DNA of 64,000 nucleotides from Paracoccus sp. (in: a-proteobacteria). GTDB taxonomy: Bacteria > Pseudomonadota > Alphaproteobacteria > Rhodobacterales > Rhodobacteraceae. The position numbers and the translations under genes are program-made. The stretch's first letter is position 1. Each line of letters begins with the position of its first letter. The notes under the pieces were generated by a model. That model had not been told where the DNA came from, ran no database searches, and was given only the letters and a program-made list of their open reading frames with translations. Shown here piece by piece: positions 10,057 through 19,338 of this stretch. The stretch is from assembly GCF_046462195.1 (NCBI RefSeq), contig NZ_JBKGUN010000108.1:9628-73627 (forward strand). The letters run 5' to 3'.

Positions 10057-10341
10057 TCAGGACAGCTTTTGTCCCAGTTGCATCGCCACGGCCATGGAGC
10101 CGTCGATCTTCAGCTTGCCGGTCATGAAGGCGGTGGCCGGGTTCACGTCGCCGTTCATGATCCCTTCAAAGGTCTCGCGGCTGGCGATCAGGGTCACATC
10201 GGCCTCTTCGTCACCGGCACGGACGCCGCTTTCATCGATCATGATGGCGCCTTCGTCCTTGATGACGAATTTCGCGGTCGAATCGAAGCTGTCGATCTTC
10301 TGGCTGAGCTTTTCGACGGCGGCATTCACAACATCGCTCAT
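10057..10341 (-). CDS. SCP2 sterol-binding domain protein
   Basis: 94 aa with ...TLIASRETFEGIMNGDVNPATAFMTGKLKIDGSMAVAMQLGQKL, a typical SCP-2 C-terminal signature. Confidence 0.8.
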   Translation of the reverse strand: MSDVVNAAVEKLSQKIDSFDSTAKFVIKDEGAIMIDESGVRAGDEEADVTLIASRETFEGIMNGDVNPATAFMTGKLKIDGSMAVAMQLGQKLS

Positions 10342-10402
10342 TTTGATCCTCTTGGTGCGCTTTGGCTGGCGCCCGACCTGCGGGCTGGGTTACACCGGGC
10401 TT

Positions 10403-10984
10403 ATGAGCCCGGACCGTCGTTTATTCCACAATGCCGTCGCGGCACTGCGTCACCGAGTTCTGACGATTTTCCTTGTTTTGGCAAGTGCGATGCCATCGCA
10501 GGTTGTGGCAAACGTGCTGGACAGTGCCTTTGCGCAGCTGGCCGAGCCGCAGGGCGAGGGTTGGCGCATCGCCGAAAGCGACATCCTGCGCGCATGGTCC
10601 CGGTCGGGATCACCTGCCATGGACCTGTTGCTGCAGCGTGCCGAACAGGCGCTGGATCAGGGTGACGCGCAGACAGCCATCGGCCATCTGACGGCGCTGA
10701 CGGATCACGCGCCGGATTTTGCCGCCGGTTTCCAGACCCGCGCTGCCGCCTTTGCCGCGATCGGTCAGTACGGTCCCGCAATGGCCGACTTGGCCCGCAC
10801 GCTGGAACTGGAGCCCCGGCACTTTGCGGCGCTGACGCAACTGGGTGCGATGCTGGAGGAAATGGGCGAGGACGAGCGTGCCTTGGCGGCCTATCGAGAG
10901 AGTCTGAAGATCCATCCCCACCAGCAAGAAGCAATTGATGGCGTGACACGTCTGGAACGCAAGCGCATCGGCACCGATATCTGA
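10403..10984 (+). CDS. TPR-repeat protein with an N-terminal signal/anchor
   Basis: C-terminal part of the 9563..10984 frame. ATG at 10403 gives MSPDRRLFHNAVAALRHRVLTIFLVLASA.... TPR-like repeats follow (ALDQGDAQTAIGHLTALTDHAPDFAAGF..., AMADLARTLELEPRHFAAL..., ALAAYRESLKIHPHQ). Confidence 0.7.
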   Translation: MSPDRRLFHNAVAALRHRVLTIFLVLASAMPSQVVANVLDSAFAQLAEPQGEGWRIAESDILRAWSRSGSPAMDLLLQRAEQALDQGDAQTAIGHLTALTDHAPDFAAGFQTRAAAFAAIGQYGPAMADLARTLELEPRHFAALTQLGAMLEEMGEDERALAAYRESLKIHPHQQEAIDGVTRLERKRIGTDI

Positions 10985-10988
10985 GGCC

Positions 10989-13928
10989 ATGAACATGATG
11001 ACGCGCGGGCGGGTCACCGCCATATTGGGCCCGACGAACACGGGCAAGACGCATCACGCGATCACGCGGATGCTGGGACACCGGACGGGGGTCATCGGCC
11101 TGCCGCTGCGCCTTCTGGCGCGGGAGGTTTATGACCGCATCGTCAAGGCACGGGGGCCATCGGTGGTGGCGCTTGTGACGGGTGAGGAACGGATCGTTCC
11201 CGACCGGGTGCAGTATTGGGTCGCCACAACCGAGGCGATGCCCGAGATCGGCGCCGACTTCGTTGCGATCGACGAGATACAGCTGTGTGCCGACCCCGAG
11301 CGCGGCCATGTCTTCACCGACCGCCTGCTGAACATGCGCGGCCTGCACGAGACGCTGTTCCTGGGCAGCGATACGATGCGCCCCGCCATTGCGGCCCTTG
11401 TTCCCGATGTCGAATTCGTGCGTCGCGAACGGTTTTCCAGCCTCAGCTGGGCCGGTTCGAAGAAGCTGTCGCGCATGCCTGCCCGCAGCGCCATCGTGGG
11501 TTTTTCCGTCGACGACGTTTACGCAATGGCCGAGTTGCTGCGCCGCCAGAAGGGCGGGTGCGCCGTTGTCATGGGCGCCCTGAGCCCTCGCACCCGCAAC
11601 GCGCAGGTCGAGATGTATCAGAATGGCGAGGTCGATTACCTTGTCGCCACCGACGCCATCGGCATGGGCCTGAACCTCGATATCCGCCACGTCGCCTTCA
11701 GCGCCACGCACAAGTTCGACGGGCGCCGCGTCCGGCCGTTGTTCCCTCACGAGATGGGCCAAATCGCGGGCCGGGCCGGGCGCCACACCGAATCCGGCAC
11801 CTTTGGCGTCACTGGAGAGGCGCAGATCCTGGATGACGGTCTGATCGATGCGCTGGAGAACCACCGTTTCGCACCGATCCAGCGGCTGACCTGGAGAAAT
11901 GCGAGTCTCGAGTTCGGAACGATGGACCGGCTGGTGACCAGCCTGGAGGCACCTTCGGGCAGCGAACTGCTGGGCCGGGGGCGGGAGGCCGACGACTTGG
12001 CCGCCCTCAAGCTGCTGCGCGAGATGCCGGAAATCCGTGACCGCGTCCAGAACGGCAAGGACGTCCGCCTGTTGTGGGAAGTCTGCCGCGTGCCCGATTT
12101 CCGGGGCATTTCACAGATGGAACACGTGACGCTGCTGGCCCGGATCTTCGGTTTCCTGCAGGACGGCCACATCCCTGCCGATTGGCTGGACCGGGCGATC
12201 AAGCGGATCGACAAGACCCAAGGCGACATTGACGCCCTCTCGAAACGGCTGGCCTATATCCGCACATGGACCTATGTGGCACAAAGAACCGGGTGGGTGG
12301 CCGACGAAAAGCATTGGCGCGGGGAAACGCGCGCTGTAGAAGACCGCCTGTCAGACGCGCTGCATACGGCGCTGACCCAACGATTTGTGGACCGGCGCAC
12401 CTCGGTGCTGCTGCGCCGGCTCAAGCAGAAGGAGAGCCTTGTGGCCGAAGTGAACGACAAGGGCGAAGTGATGGTCGAGGGCGAGTTCGCCGGTCGGCTG
12501 GAAGGTTTCCGCTTTCGCCCCGACCAGACCGCGACGGCGGACGAGGCCCGGATGCTGAACCGCGCCAGCTACGAGGCGCTGAAGCCCGAATTTCATCTGC
12601 GCGCCGACCGCTTCTACAACGCGCCAGACACTGAAATGGACTATACCGAGCAGGGCGGCCTCATGTGGGACAACCAGGCGATCGGCAAGCTGATCAAGGG
12701 TGCCGATCCGCTGCATCCGGGTGTTTCTGCCTTTGTGGACGAGGAAGCCGGCCCCGAGATCGCCGAAAAGGTGCGCCGCCGCTTGCAGCATTTCATCGAT
12801 CGCAAGGTCGCGGCCCAGTTCGAGCCGCTGCTGACCCTGCAAAAAGACGAGGCCCTGACCGGTCTGGCGCGTGGCTTTGCCTTCCGCCTGATCGAGGCGC
12901 TTGGCGTCCTGCCGCGCGACGGTGTGGCCAATGAGGTTAAGGAGTTGGACCAGGATGCCCGGGGCGCGCTGCGCAAGCACGGTGTGCGCTTTGGCCAGTT
13001 CACGATCTTCCTGCCGGCCATGCTGAAACCGGCACCGACGCGCCTGCGTCTGGTGCTGTGGTCGCTGTCGCAGGGTCTGGACGAATTTCCGGAAAGCCCC
13101 CCTCCGGGGCTGGTGACGATCCCTCATCTGCCGGATCTGCCCGACCAGGTGTATACACTGTCGGGATACCGCCCGGCGGGCGAGCGTGCCATCCGTATCG
13201 ACATGCTGGAGCGTCTTGCCGACCTGTTACGCGCCCAGGACACGCGTGGCGGTTTCGAAGCCAATCCGGACATGCTGTCGATCACCGGCATGACGCTGGA
13301 ACAGTTTGCGGGCCTGATGCAGGGTTTGGGCTATGCCGCCGAAAAAGCCGAGCGTGTCAAGGTCAAGGCGGTTGAAGCACCGGCCGCTCCCGCCGCCCCC
13401 GAAGCACCGGTGTCCGATGCGCCGTTGACCGAAGAGGAGTCGGTCCTTGCGGCTGAAACCCGCGCCCGTTGGGAAGCCGAGCAGGCCGAAAAGCGGCGTG
13501 CAGAGGCCGAGGCCCAGGGTGAAGGCGAGGCGCCTGCCGATGCCGAGGCGGCTCCGGCCGAGATGGAGGTGTTCTATACCTTCAAATGGGCGCCGCGGCC
13601 GCGTGGAAATCGCCGGCCGCAGCATGGCGGGCAGGCTGGTGATCGTCCTCAGGCGCAGCCGGGCGAGCGTCCGCAGGGCGAGGGGCGCCGGGGTCCGCGC
13701 CGTGACGCAGCTGCAAAGGAAGGCGGCGCACAGGATCGCCCGCGCGGTGATGCGCCACAGGGCGAGCGCCGTGATCGGCAGAACAAGCCCGGCGGCAAGT
13801 TCGGGGGCCCCAAGAAAGGCGGCAAGCCTGCGCCTCAGGGACCCAAGACCTTCTCCTCGCGTCCCGAGAAGAAGGCCGATCCAGACAGCCCGTTCGCGAT
13901 CCTGGCTTCGTTGAAGGACAAGACCTGA
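10989..13928 (+). CDS. SUV3-like ATP-dependent (RNA) helicase with a long low-complexity basic C-terminal tail
   Basis: 979 aa. AILGPTNTGKTH (Walker A), AIDEIQL (DExx-like box) and VATDAIGMGLNLDIRHV...QIAGRAGR (helicase C motifs). The last ~180 aa are Ala/Pro/Glu-rich, then Arg/Gly/Pro/Gln-rich. Confidence 0.85.
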   Translation: MNMMTRGRVTAILGPTNTGKTHHAITRMLGHRTGVIGLPLRLLAREVYDRIVKARGPSVVALVTGEERIVPDRVQYWVATTEAMPEIGADFVAIDEIQLCADPERGHVFTDRLLNMRGLHETLFLGSDTMRPAIAALVPDVEFVRRERFSSLSWAGSKKLSRMPARSAIVGFSVDDVYAMAELLRRQKGGCAVVMGALSPRTRNAQVEMYQNGEVDYLVATDAIGMGLNLDIRHVAFSATHKFDGRRVRPLFPHEMGQIAGRAGRHTESGTFGVTGEAQILDDGLIDALENHRFAPIQRLTWRNASLEFGTMDRLVTSLEAPSGSELLGRGREADDLAALKLLREMPEIRDRVQNGKDVRLLWEVCRVPDFRGISQMEHVTLLARIFGFLQDGHIPADWLDRAIKRIDKTQGDIDALSKRLAYIRTWTYVAQRTGWVADEKHWRGETRAVEDRLSDALHTALTQRFVDRRTSVLLRRLKQKESLVAEVNDKGEVMVEGEFAGRLEGFRFRPDQTATADEARMLNRASYEALKPEFHLRADRFYNAPDTEMDYTEQGGLMWDNQAIGKLIKGADPLHPGVSAFVDEEAGPEIAEKVRRRLQHFIDRKVAAQFEPLLTLQKDEALTGLARGFAFRLIEALGVLPRDGVANEVKELDQDARGALRKHGVRFGQFTIFLPAMLKPAPTRLRLVLWSLSQGLDEFPESPPPGLVTIPHLPDLPDQVYTLSGYRPAGERAIRIDMLERLADLLRAQDTRGGFEANPDMLSITGMTLEQFAGLMQGLGYAAEKAERVKVKAVEAPAAPAAPEAPVSDAPLTEEESVLAAETRARWEAEQAEKRRAEAEAQGEGEAPADAEAAPAEMEVFYTFKWAPRPRGNRRPQHGGQAGDRPQAQPGERPQGEGRRGPRRDAAAKEGGAQDRPRGDAPQGERRDRQNKPGGKFGGPKKGGKPAPQGPKTFSSRPEKKADPDSPFAILASLKDKT

Positions 13929-13929
13929 C

Positions 13930-14232
13930 GTGAGCGAAGCGGCCGAAGGCCTGCGGCTGGACAAGTGGCTGTTCTATGCGCGCATCTTCAAGACGCGTGG
14001 CTTGGCTGCCGATCGCATCGAAGGCGGCGGCATTCGGGTGAACGGCCAGCCCTGCCGCAAGCCCGGCCGCGCCGTCAGGCCGGGCGACCGGCTGACGGTA
14101 TCGGCCCATGGGCGGGTGCGCAGCCTGACGATTGCCGGCCTTGCCGACCGCCGCGGACCCGCACCCGAAGCACAGGCGCTGTACATGGAAGACCGTGACG
14201 GGTTGATTGATCCGCCCGAAGCGACTAGGTGA
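13930..14232 (+). CDS. RNA-binding S4-domain protein (Hsp15-like)
   Basis: 100 aa, GTG start, with LRLDKWLFYARIFKTRGLAADRIEGGGIRVNGQP..KPGRAVRPGDRLTV. Confidence 0.8.
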   Translation: MSEAAEGLRLDKWLFYARIFKTRGLAADRIEGGGIRVNGQPCRKPGRAVRPGDRLTVSAHGRVRSLTIAGLADRRGPAPEAQALYMEDRDGLIDPPEATR

Positions 14233-14262
14233 CAGCCCGAAGATCAAGACAAGAGCGCCCCG

Positions 14263-14601
14263 ATGACCTATGTCGTGACCGACAACTGCATCATGTGCAA
14301 GTATACCGACTGCGTTGAAGTATGCCCCGTGGACTGTTTCTACGAGGGCGAGAACACGCTGGTCATCAACCCCGAGGAATGCATCGACTGCGGTGTCTGC
14401 GAACCGGAATGCCCCGCGGACGCCATCCGGCCGGATACCGAGCCAGCGATGGAGCAGTGGGTCGAGTTCAACCGCAAGTACTCGGAACAATGGCCGGTGA
14501 TCACGCGCAAGAAGGACCCGCTGCCGACGGCGGCCGAGATGGACGGACAGTCCGGTAAGCTGGAGCAGTACTTTTCGGAAAAGCCGGGCGAAGGCGACTG
14601 A
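14263..14601 (+). CDS. fdxA: ferredoxin (FdxA-type, [3Fe-4S][4Fe-4S])
   Basis: [51 protein letters not shown] shows the canonical Cys pattern. Confidence 0.93.
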   Translation: MTYVVTDNCIMCKYTDCVEVCPVDCFYEGENTLVINPEECIDCGVCEPECPADAIRPDTEPAMEQWVEFNRKYSEQWPVITRKKDPLPTAAEMDGQSGKLEQYFSEKPGEGD

Positions 14602-14909
14602 TTCGCAGCCCTTCTGCCATGCGGGGTGATGCCGGTCGTGCAACACCCTGTCGTGGCAGACAAAAGGACGTCCCTGTCCGTCACGGCACTTGTGGTGCTT
14701 GTGCTTTTTTTGCCGTCATTTTTGTGTTATATTAAATGCAGACGCGCCTCTGACGTCAGTCAGGGGCACTTTTGGTTTCGAGCCAAAGCTGCCGTCCCTC
14801 CTGTTCTCCGCCGAACATGAGGCCAAGACAAAACGAAAACTGACCGAAGGTGGCATCCGCCTCCTCCGGCCTTTTGTGCCGGTAACATGGCACGTTCAAA
14901 GGAAGCCAG

Positions 14910-15419
14910 ATGTCCAAAGCGAAGAAGAGCGAATTCCGTCCTGACGAGTTCGTCGTTTATCCCGCCCATGGCGTGGGCCGGATCGTGTCTATCGAAGAGC
15001 AGGAAGTCGCCGGCCTGCGGCTCGAGATGTTCGTGATCTCGTTCGACAAGGACAAGATGACCTTGCGCGTCCCGACCGCGCGTGCCTCGGAGATCGGCAT
15101 GCGCAGCCTGTCGACGCCGGATCTGATTGACCGTGCGCTCGAAACGCTGAAGGGCAAGGCCCGTGTCAAGCGCGCGATGTGGTCGCGTCGTGCGCAGGAA
15201 TACGAACAGAAGATCAACTCGGGCGATCTGATGTCGATTGCCGAGGTCGTGCGCGACCTTCACCGTGCCGACGACCAGCGCGAACAATCCTATTCCGAGC
15301 GCCAGCTGTACGAAGCCGCCCTGGACCGCCTGACGCGCGAAGTGGCCGCTGTCGCGGGTCTGGACGAAGGTGGCGCGCAAAAGCGGGTCGAGGACGTCCT
15401 GACCTCTCGCGCCGCCTGA
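14910..15419 (+). CDS. carD: CarD-family transcriptional regulator
   Basis: 169 aa with ...FVVYPAHGVGRIVSIEEQEVAGLRLEMFVISFDKDKMTLRVP..., the CarD_CdnL_TRCF N-domain. Confidence 0.92.
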   Translation: MSKAKKSEFRPDEFVVYPAHGVGRIVSIEEQEVAGLRLEMFVISFDKDKMTLRVPTARASEIGMRSLSTPDLIDRALETLKGKARVKRAMWSRRAQEYEQKINSGDLMSIAEVVRDLHRADDQREQSYSERQLYEAALDRLTREVAAVAGLDEGGAQKRVEDVLTSRAA

Positions 15420-15437
15420 TCCTGTTATCCTGTTTCG

Positions 15438-15466
15438 CAAGGGCGTCCTTTCCGGGCGCCCTTTTG
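15438..15466 (+). terminator. rho-independent terminator after carD
   Basis: AAGGGCG-loop-CGCCCTT followed by TTG. It begins 19 nt after the carD stop. Confidence 0.55.
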
Positions 15467-15555
15467 CATGAAGTGCCCGTTGTTCCCGGCGTGGACAACG
15501 CCCTGCCTGCCGCCTATAACGCCTCCGAATTCATTTAGAACGCTTGAGGCGCAGC

Positions 15556-16473
15556 ATGATCAAGGTTTTCGGCCACACTTCCCCCGACACGGACTCGACC
15601 GGTTCTCCCATCATCTGGGCCTGGTATCTGTCCGAGGTTCGCAAGACGCCGGCCGAGCCCATCCTGCAGGGCGAGCCGAACACCGAAGCCTTGTGGATGC
15701 TGAACCGCTGGAACCTGGCCAAGCCGCAGATCATCGATGACGTGGTGGCGGGCGACAAATGCGTCATCGTCGACACGAACAACCCCGCGGAACTGCCTGC
15801 TTCGCTGGCCGAGGCCGAGGTGATCGAGATCATCGACCACCACCTGCTGGCCGGCGGCATCAAGACCCGCAACCCGATCAACATCACCATCCGCCCGCTG
15901 GCCTGCACCGCGACGATCATGCACGACCTGATTGACGAGGACATGTCCCGTGCGCCCGAAGGGGTCAAGGGTGCCATGCTGACCTGCATCCTCTCGGACA
16001 CGCTGGAATTCCGCAGCCCCACGACCACACCCCATGACCGGGCCGTGGCCGAAAGTCTGGCCGCCGATCTGGGCGTGAACATCCCCGATTTCGCTGCCGC
16101 GATGTTTGCCGCGAAATCCGATGTCAGCGCCTTCAGCGAGGCTGCCCTGCTGCGGATGGACAGCAAGGAATACGAACTGGGCGGAAAACAGCTGCGCGTT
16201 TCGGTTCTGGAAACCACTGCGCCTCAGGTTCTGCTGAACCGCAAGGATGCTCTTGTGGCGGCCATGCCGGGCGTTGCGGCCGAGGATGGCGCGGATGAGG
16301 TCCTGCTGTTCATCATTGACATCCTGCGCGAGGAGGCGACCCTTCTGGTCCCGAACGATTACGTCAGAACGGTGGCGGAGCGCAGCTTTGGCGTGACGGT
16401 GACGGGCGACACGGTCGTTCTGCCGGGCGTGATGAGCCGCAAGAAGCAGATCATCCCGGTCCTGGCCGTCTGA
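15556..16473 (+). CDS. ppaC: manganese-dependent inorganic pyrophosphatase (family II, DHH)
   Basis: MIKVFGHTSPDTDSTGSPI...VDTNN...IIDHH... shows the DHH motifs plus a DHHA2 C-terminus. ATG at 15556 within track ORF 15544..16473. Confidence 0.88.
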   Translation: MIKVFGHTSPDTDSTGSPIIWAWYLSEVRKTPAEPILQGEPNTEALWMLNRWNLAKPQIIDDVVAGDKCVIVDTNNPAELPASLAEAEVIEIIDHHLLAGGIKTRNPINITIRPLACTATIMHDLIDEDMSRAPEGVKGAMLTCILSDTLEFRSPTTTPHDRAVAESLAADLGVNIPDFAAAMFAAKSDVSAFSEAALLRMDSKEYELGGKQLRVSVLETTAPQVLLNRKDALVAAMPGVAAEDGADEVLLFIIDILREEATLLVPNDYVRTVAERSFGVTVTGDTVVLPGVMSRKKQIIPVLAV

Positions 16474-17342
16474 TGACCCGCATCATCGCCTCGCTGGCCG
16501 AAATATCGGCCGGCTATGACGCACTGTTCTGCGACCTGTGGGGATGCCTCCACAACGGCAAGCAGGCCTATCCGGCGGCTGTTGCCGCGCTGCAGGCCTT
16601 TCGGGCGCAGAGCGGCAGCGTTTGCTTGATGACCAACGCGCCGCGGCCCAGCCCTTATGTGATCGCGCAACTGGACCGCATGGGCGTGCCACGGGACGCC
16701 TGGGATCTTGTCGTCAGTTCGGGCGATGCCGCGCAGGACGCGATGTTCGCAGGCCTTGTGGGCCGCAAGCTGTGGCATATCGGTACGGAAAAGGATCTGG
16801 GCTTCTTCAGCGATATTCCTGAGGAATATGCCGATGCCGCACCGATCCAGCTTGTTCCTCTGGAAGAGGCCGAGGGGATCGTCGCCACTGGTCCTTTCGA
16901 GGAACTGACCGAAACGCCCGAGGATTACCGCGCTCGTCTGGAGGCCGCACGCGATCGCGGGCTGCCGATGCTTTGCGCGAATCCCGATGTCGTGGTGGAC
17001 TTGGGGGAAACCCGCATCTATTGCGCAGGTGCGCTGGCCGAGTTCTACGAAAGCATCGGTGGCAAGGCCCTGTATTTCGGCAAGCCCCATACGCCCATTT
17101 ATGATCGCGCGCGCCGACTGATGGGCCTCAGTCCGCAGGCACGGTGTCTGGCCGTGGGCGACGGCATCGCGACCGACATCCTTGGTGCCGAGCATCAGGG
17201 CATCGACTCGGCCTTCGTGACCAGCGGGCTGTTTGCGGATGCCTTCGGGCCGGACGTGATGAACCCCGACCCGTCGCTGTTGGTGGACTGGCTGACGCTG
17301 CAGCAGCGCGGCCCCACCTATGCAATCAGCCGTCTCAGATAA
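16473..17342 (+). CDS. HAD-superfamily hydrolase (subfamily IIA, TIGR01459-like)
   Basis: 289 aa with YDALFCDLWGCLHNG (DxxG-type motif I), LMTNAP and ...CLAVGDGIATDILGA. Confidence 0.75.
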   Translation: MTRIIASLAEISAGYDALFCDLWGCLHNGKQAYPAAVAALQAFRAQSGSVCLMTNAPRPSPYVIAQLDRMGVPRDAWDLVVSSGDAAQDAMFAGLVGRKLWHIGTEKDLGFFSDIPEEYADAAPIQLVPLEEAEGIVATGPFEELTETPEDYRARLEAARDRGLPMLCANPDVVVDLGETRIYCAGALAEFYESIGGKALYFGKPHTPIYDRARRLMGLSPQARCLAVGDGIATDILGAEHQGIDSAFVTSGLFADAFGPDVMNPDPSLLVDWLTLQQRGPTYAISRLR

Positions 17343-17489
17343 TCAGCAAGCGCCTGCGGAATATCGCGGGCGTTTTATCCTGTCGGCAATAATATGTCGC
17401 AGGCGCGAGGGTTGAAGACATATTTGTTGCCTGACGGTGTCTTGGCTGATAAGTCGGTCAAAGGATGCTGGGCAGGACAAATAAACATC

Positions 17490-17936
17490 ATGATGCTGGA
17501 CAACCTTCCGCGCGGGACGATCGTCATCGAGGACCTGGAGGTCGGGATGATGCGTTACCTGCAAAAGCAGGTGACGGACCGTGACATCGAGTTGTTTGCC
17601 GAGATTTCCACCGACCGCAACCCGGTGCATCTGGATGATGACTATGCCCAAGACACGATCTTCGAAGGCCGCATCGCGCATGGAATGCTGACCGCCGGCC
17701 TTGTTTCCGCCGTGATCGGAGAACAGTTGCCGGGTCATGGCACGGTCTATCTGGGGCAGACCCTGAAGTTCATGGCCCCTGTCCGTCCGGGTGACACCGT
17801 TCGCGCGGAAGTCGTGGTCGAGACAATCGACCACGCAAAACGGCGGGTCACGCTTGCAACCCGCTGCCTCGTGGGCGATACGCTCGTGCTGAAAGGCGAG
17901 GCGGTCGTGCTGGCCCCAAGCCGCAAGTTCGACTGA
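17490..17936 (+). CDS. MaoC-like (R)-specific enoyl-CoA hydratase/dehydratase
   Basis: ...FAEISTDRNPVHLDDDYAQDTIFEGRIAHGMLTAGLVS... shows the hot-dog-fold hydratase motif. ATG at 17490 is preferred over the track start at 17394. Confidence 0.82.
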   Translation: MMLDNLPRGTIVIEDLEVGMMRYLQKQVTDRDIELFAEISTDRNPVHLDDDYAQDTIFEGRIAHGMLTAGLVSAVIGEQLPGHGTVYLGQTLKFMAPVRPGDTVRAEVVVETIDHAKRRVTLATRCLVGDTLVLKGEAVVLAPSRKFD

Positions 17937-17944
17937 CGGGGCGC

Positions 17945-18898
17945 GTGTGGCGTCCCATTGGGGGCGCATTGCAGATCCATCGCGACTGGACTGGACTTCC
18001 GACCGAGGCGCGGGGCGCTTCGGTTGCCATGGGCAACTTCGACGGTGTCCACAAGGGTCACCGCGCGGTGATCGATGCCGCGCGTGCGGCCTCCGAGGCG
18101 CCCTTGGGCATCCTGACCTTTGAGCCTCATCCCCGGCAGTATTTTGCACCCGACGCGCCGCCCTTTCGCCTGATGAACGCCGAGGCGCGGGCAAACCGGC
18201 TGGCCCGGCTGGGTGTTCAGCATTTGTATCAGTTGCCGTTCGGCGCCCTGTTGGCCGGGCTGACGCCCGAAGCCTTTGCGCGCGAGGTGCTGGTTCAGGG
18301 GCTGGGTGTCGATCATGTCACGGTCGGAGCCGATTTCTGCTTTGGCAAGAACCGGGCGGGAACGGCACAGGTTTTGCAGGATCTGGGGCGTGAGTTCGGC
18401 TTTGGCGTCACGATCGTGCCGCTGGTGGGTGCCGAAGAGGGCGAGTTCAGCTCGACCGCGATCCGCCGTGCCTTGTCGCAAGGCCGCACCCATGACGCCG
18501 AGCGTATGCTGGGCCATTGGCATCGGATCGAGGGAGAGGTGGTTCACGGCGACAAGCGCGGCCGCGACTTTGGCTGGCCGACCGCCAACATGCGGATGGA
18601 GGACCTGCACCTGCCGCGCCTGGGGGTTTATGCGGTGCTGGTCGACGTCCTGACCGGGCCCGAGCGGCTGTCCTGCCAAGGTGTCGCTTCACTGGGGGTG
18701 CGTCCGATGTTCGGGGAAAACAAGCCCAATCTTGAAGTGCACCTGTTCGATTTCTCGGGGGACCTTTACGGCCAGCATCTGTCTGTCGCGCTGATCGATT
18801 TCCTGCGGGACGAAGCGCGCTTTGACAATGTCGAAGCGCTGATCGACCAGATCGCGCAGGACGCGCAGGACGCGCGGCGCCTGCTGGCGGGGCGGTGA
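17945..18898 (+). CDS. ribF: bifunctional riboflavin kinase / FMN adenylyltransferase
   Basis: 317 aa with VAMGNFDGVHKGHRAVI and ...GHWHRIEGEVVHGDKRGRDFGWPTANM.... The start codon is uncertain: GTG at 17945 or TTG at 17969. Confidence 0.9.
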   Translation: MWRPIGGALQIHRDWTGLPTEARGASVAMGNFDGVHKGHRAVIDAARAASEAPLGILTFEPHPRQYFAPDAPPFRLMNAEARANRLARLGVQHLYQLPFGALLAGLTPEAFAREVLVQGLGVDHVTVGADFCFGKNRAGTAQVLQDLGREFGFGVTIVPLVGAEEGEFSSTAIRRALSQGRTHDAERMLGHWHRIEGEVVHGDKRGRDFGWPTANMRMEDLHLPRLGVYAVLVDVLTGPERLSCQGVASLGVRPMFGENKPNLEVHLFDFSGDLYGQHLSVALIDFLRDEARFDNVEALIDQIAQDAQDARRLLAGR

Positions 18899-19338
18899 TG
18901 CGCGACCGGTTCTGGGAATTGCCCCTGCCCAAGCTGACGGGCGAAGAGTGGGAGGCGCTGTGCGACGGTTGCGGCAAATGCTGTCTGAACAAGATCGAGT
19001 TCGAGGACACGAACGAGCTGGCCTTCACGCGCGTCGCCTGCAAGCTGCTGGATGGCGAGGCCTGCCGCTGCAGCAGCTATGGGAACCGTCATGATTTCGT
19101 GCCCGATTGCGTTGTCCTGACCCCCCGCAAGATCAAGGAAATCGCCTGGTGGCTGCCCTCCACCTGCGCTTACCGTCTGCGTCACGAGGGCAAGCCGCTT
19201 TACGACTGGCATCACCTGATCTCGGGTGACAAGGACAGCGTGCACAAGGCCGGCGTCAGCGTGCGCGGCTGGACCGTCAGCGAACTGACCGTCACCGAGG
19301 ACGACTGGGAAGACCACATCATCGAGGATCTGTCGTGA
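18898..19338 (+). CDS. ycgN: YcgN-family (UPF0260) cysteine-cluster protein
   Basis: MRDRFWELPLPKLTGEEWEALCDGCGKCCLNKIEFEDT...CKLLDGEACRCSSY.... The ATG overlaps the ribF stop. Confidence 0.85.
   Translation: MRDRFWELPLPKLTGEEWEALCDGCGKCCLNKIEFEDTNELAFTRVACKLLDGEACRCSSYGNRHDFVPDCVVLTPRKIKEIAWWLPSTCAYRLRHEGKPLYDWHHLISGDKDSVHKAGVSVRGWTVSELTVTEDDWEDHIIEDLS

Noticed and set aside
9563-10402. N-terminal 280 codons of ORF 9563..10984
   Set aside because: This stretch overlaps the minus-strand hydrolase and SCP2 genes. Only the part from the ATG at 10403 (signal/anchor plus TPR repeats) looks like a protein.
14751-14758. TGACGTCA perfect 8-bp palindrome (CRE-like) upstream of carD
   Set aside because: A given 8-mer is expected roughly once or twice by chance in 64 kb counted on both strands. 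Nothing else supports a binding site.
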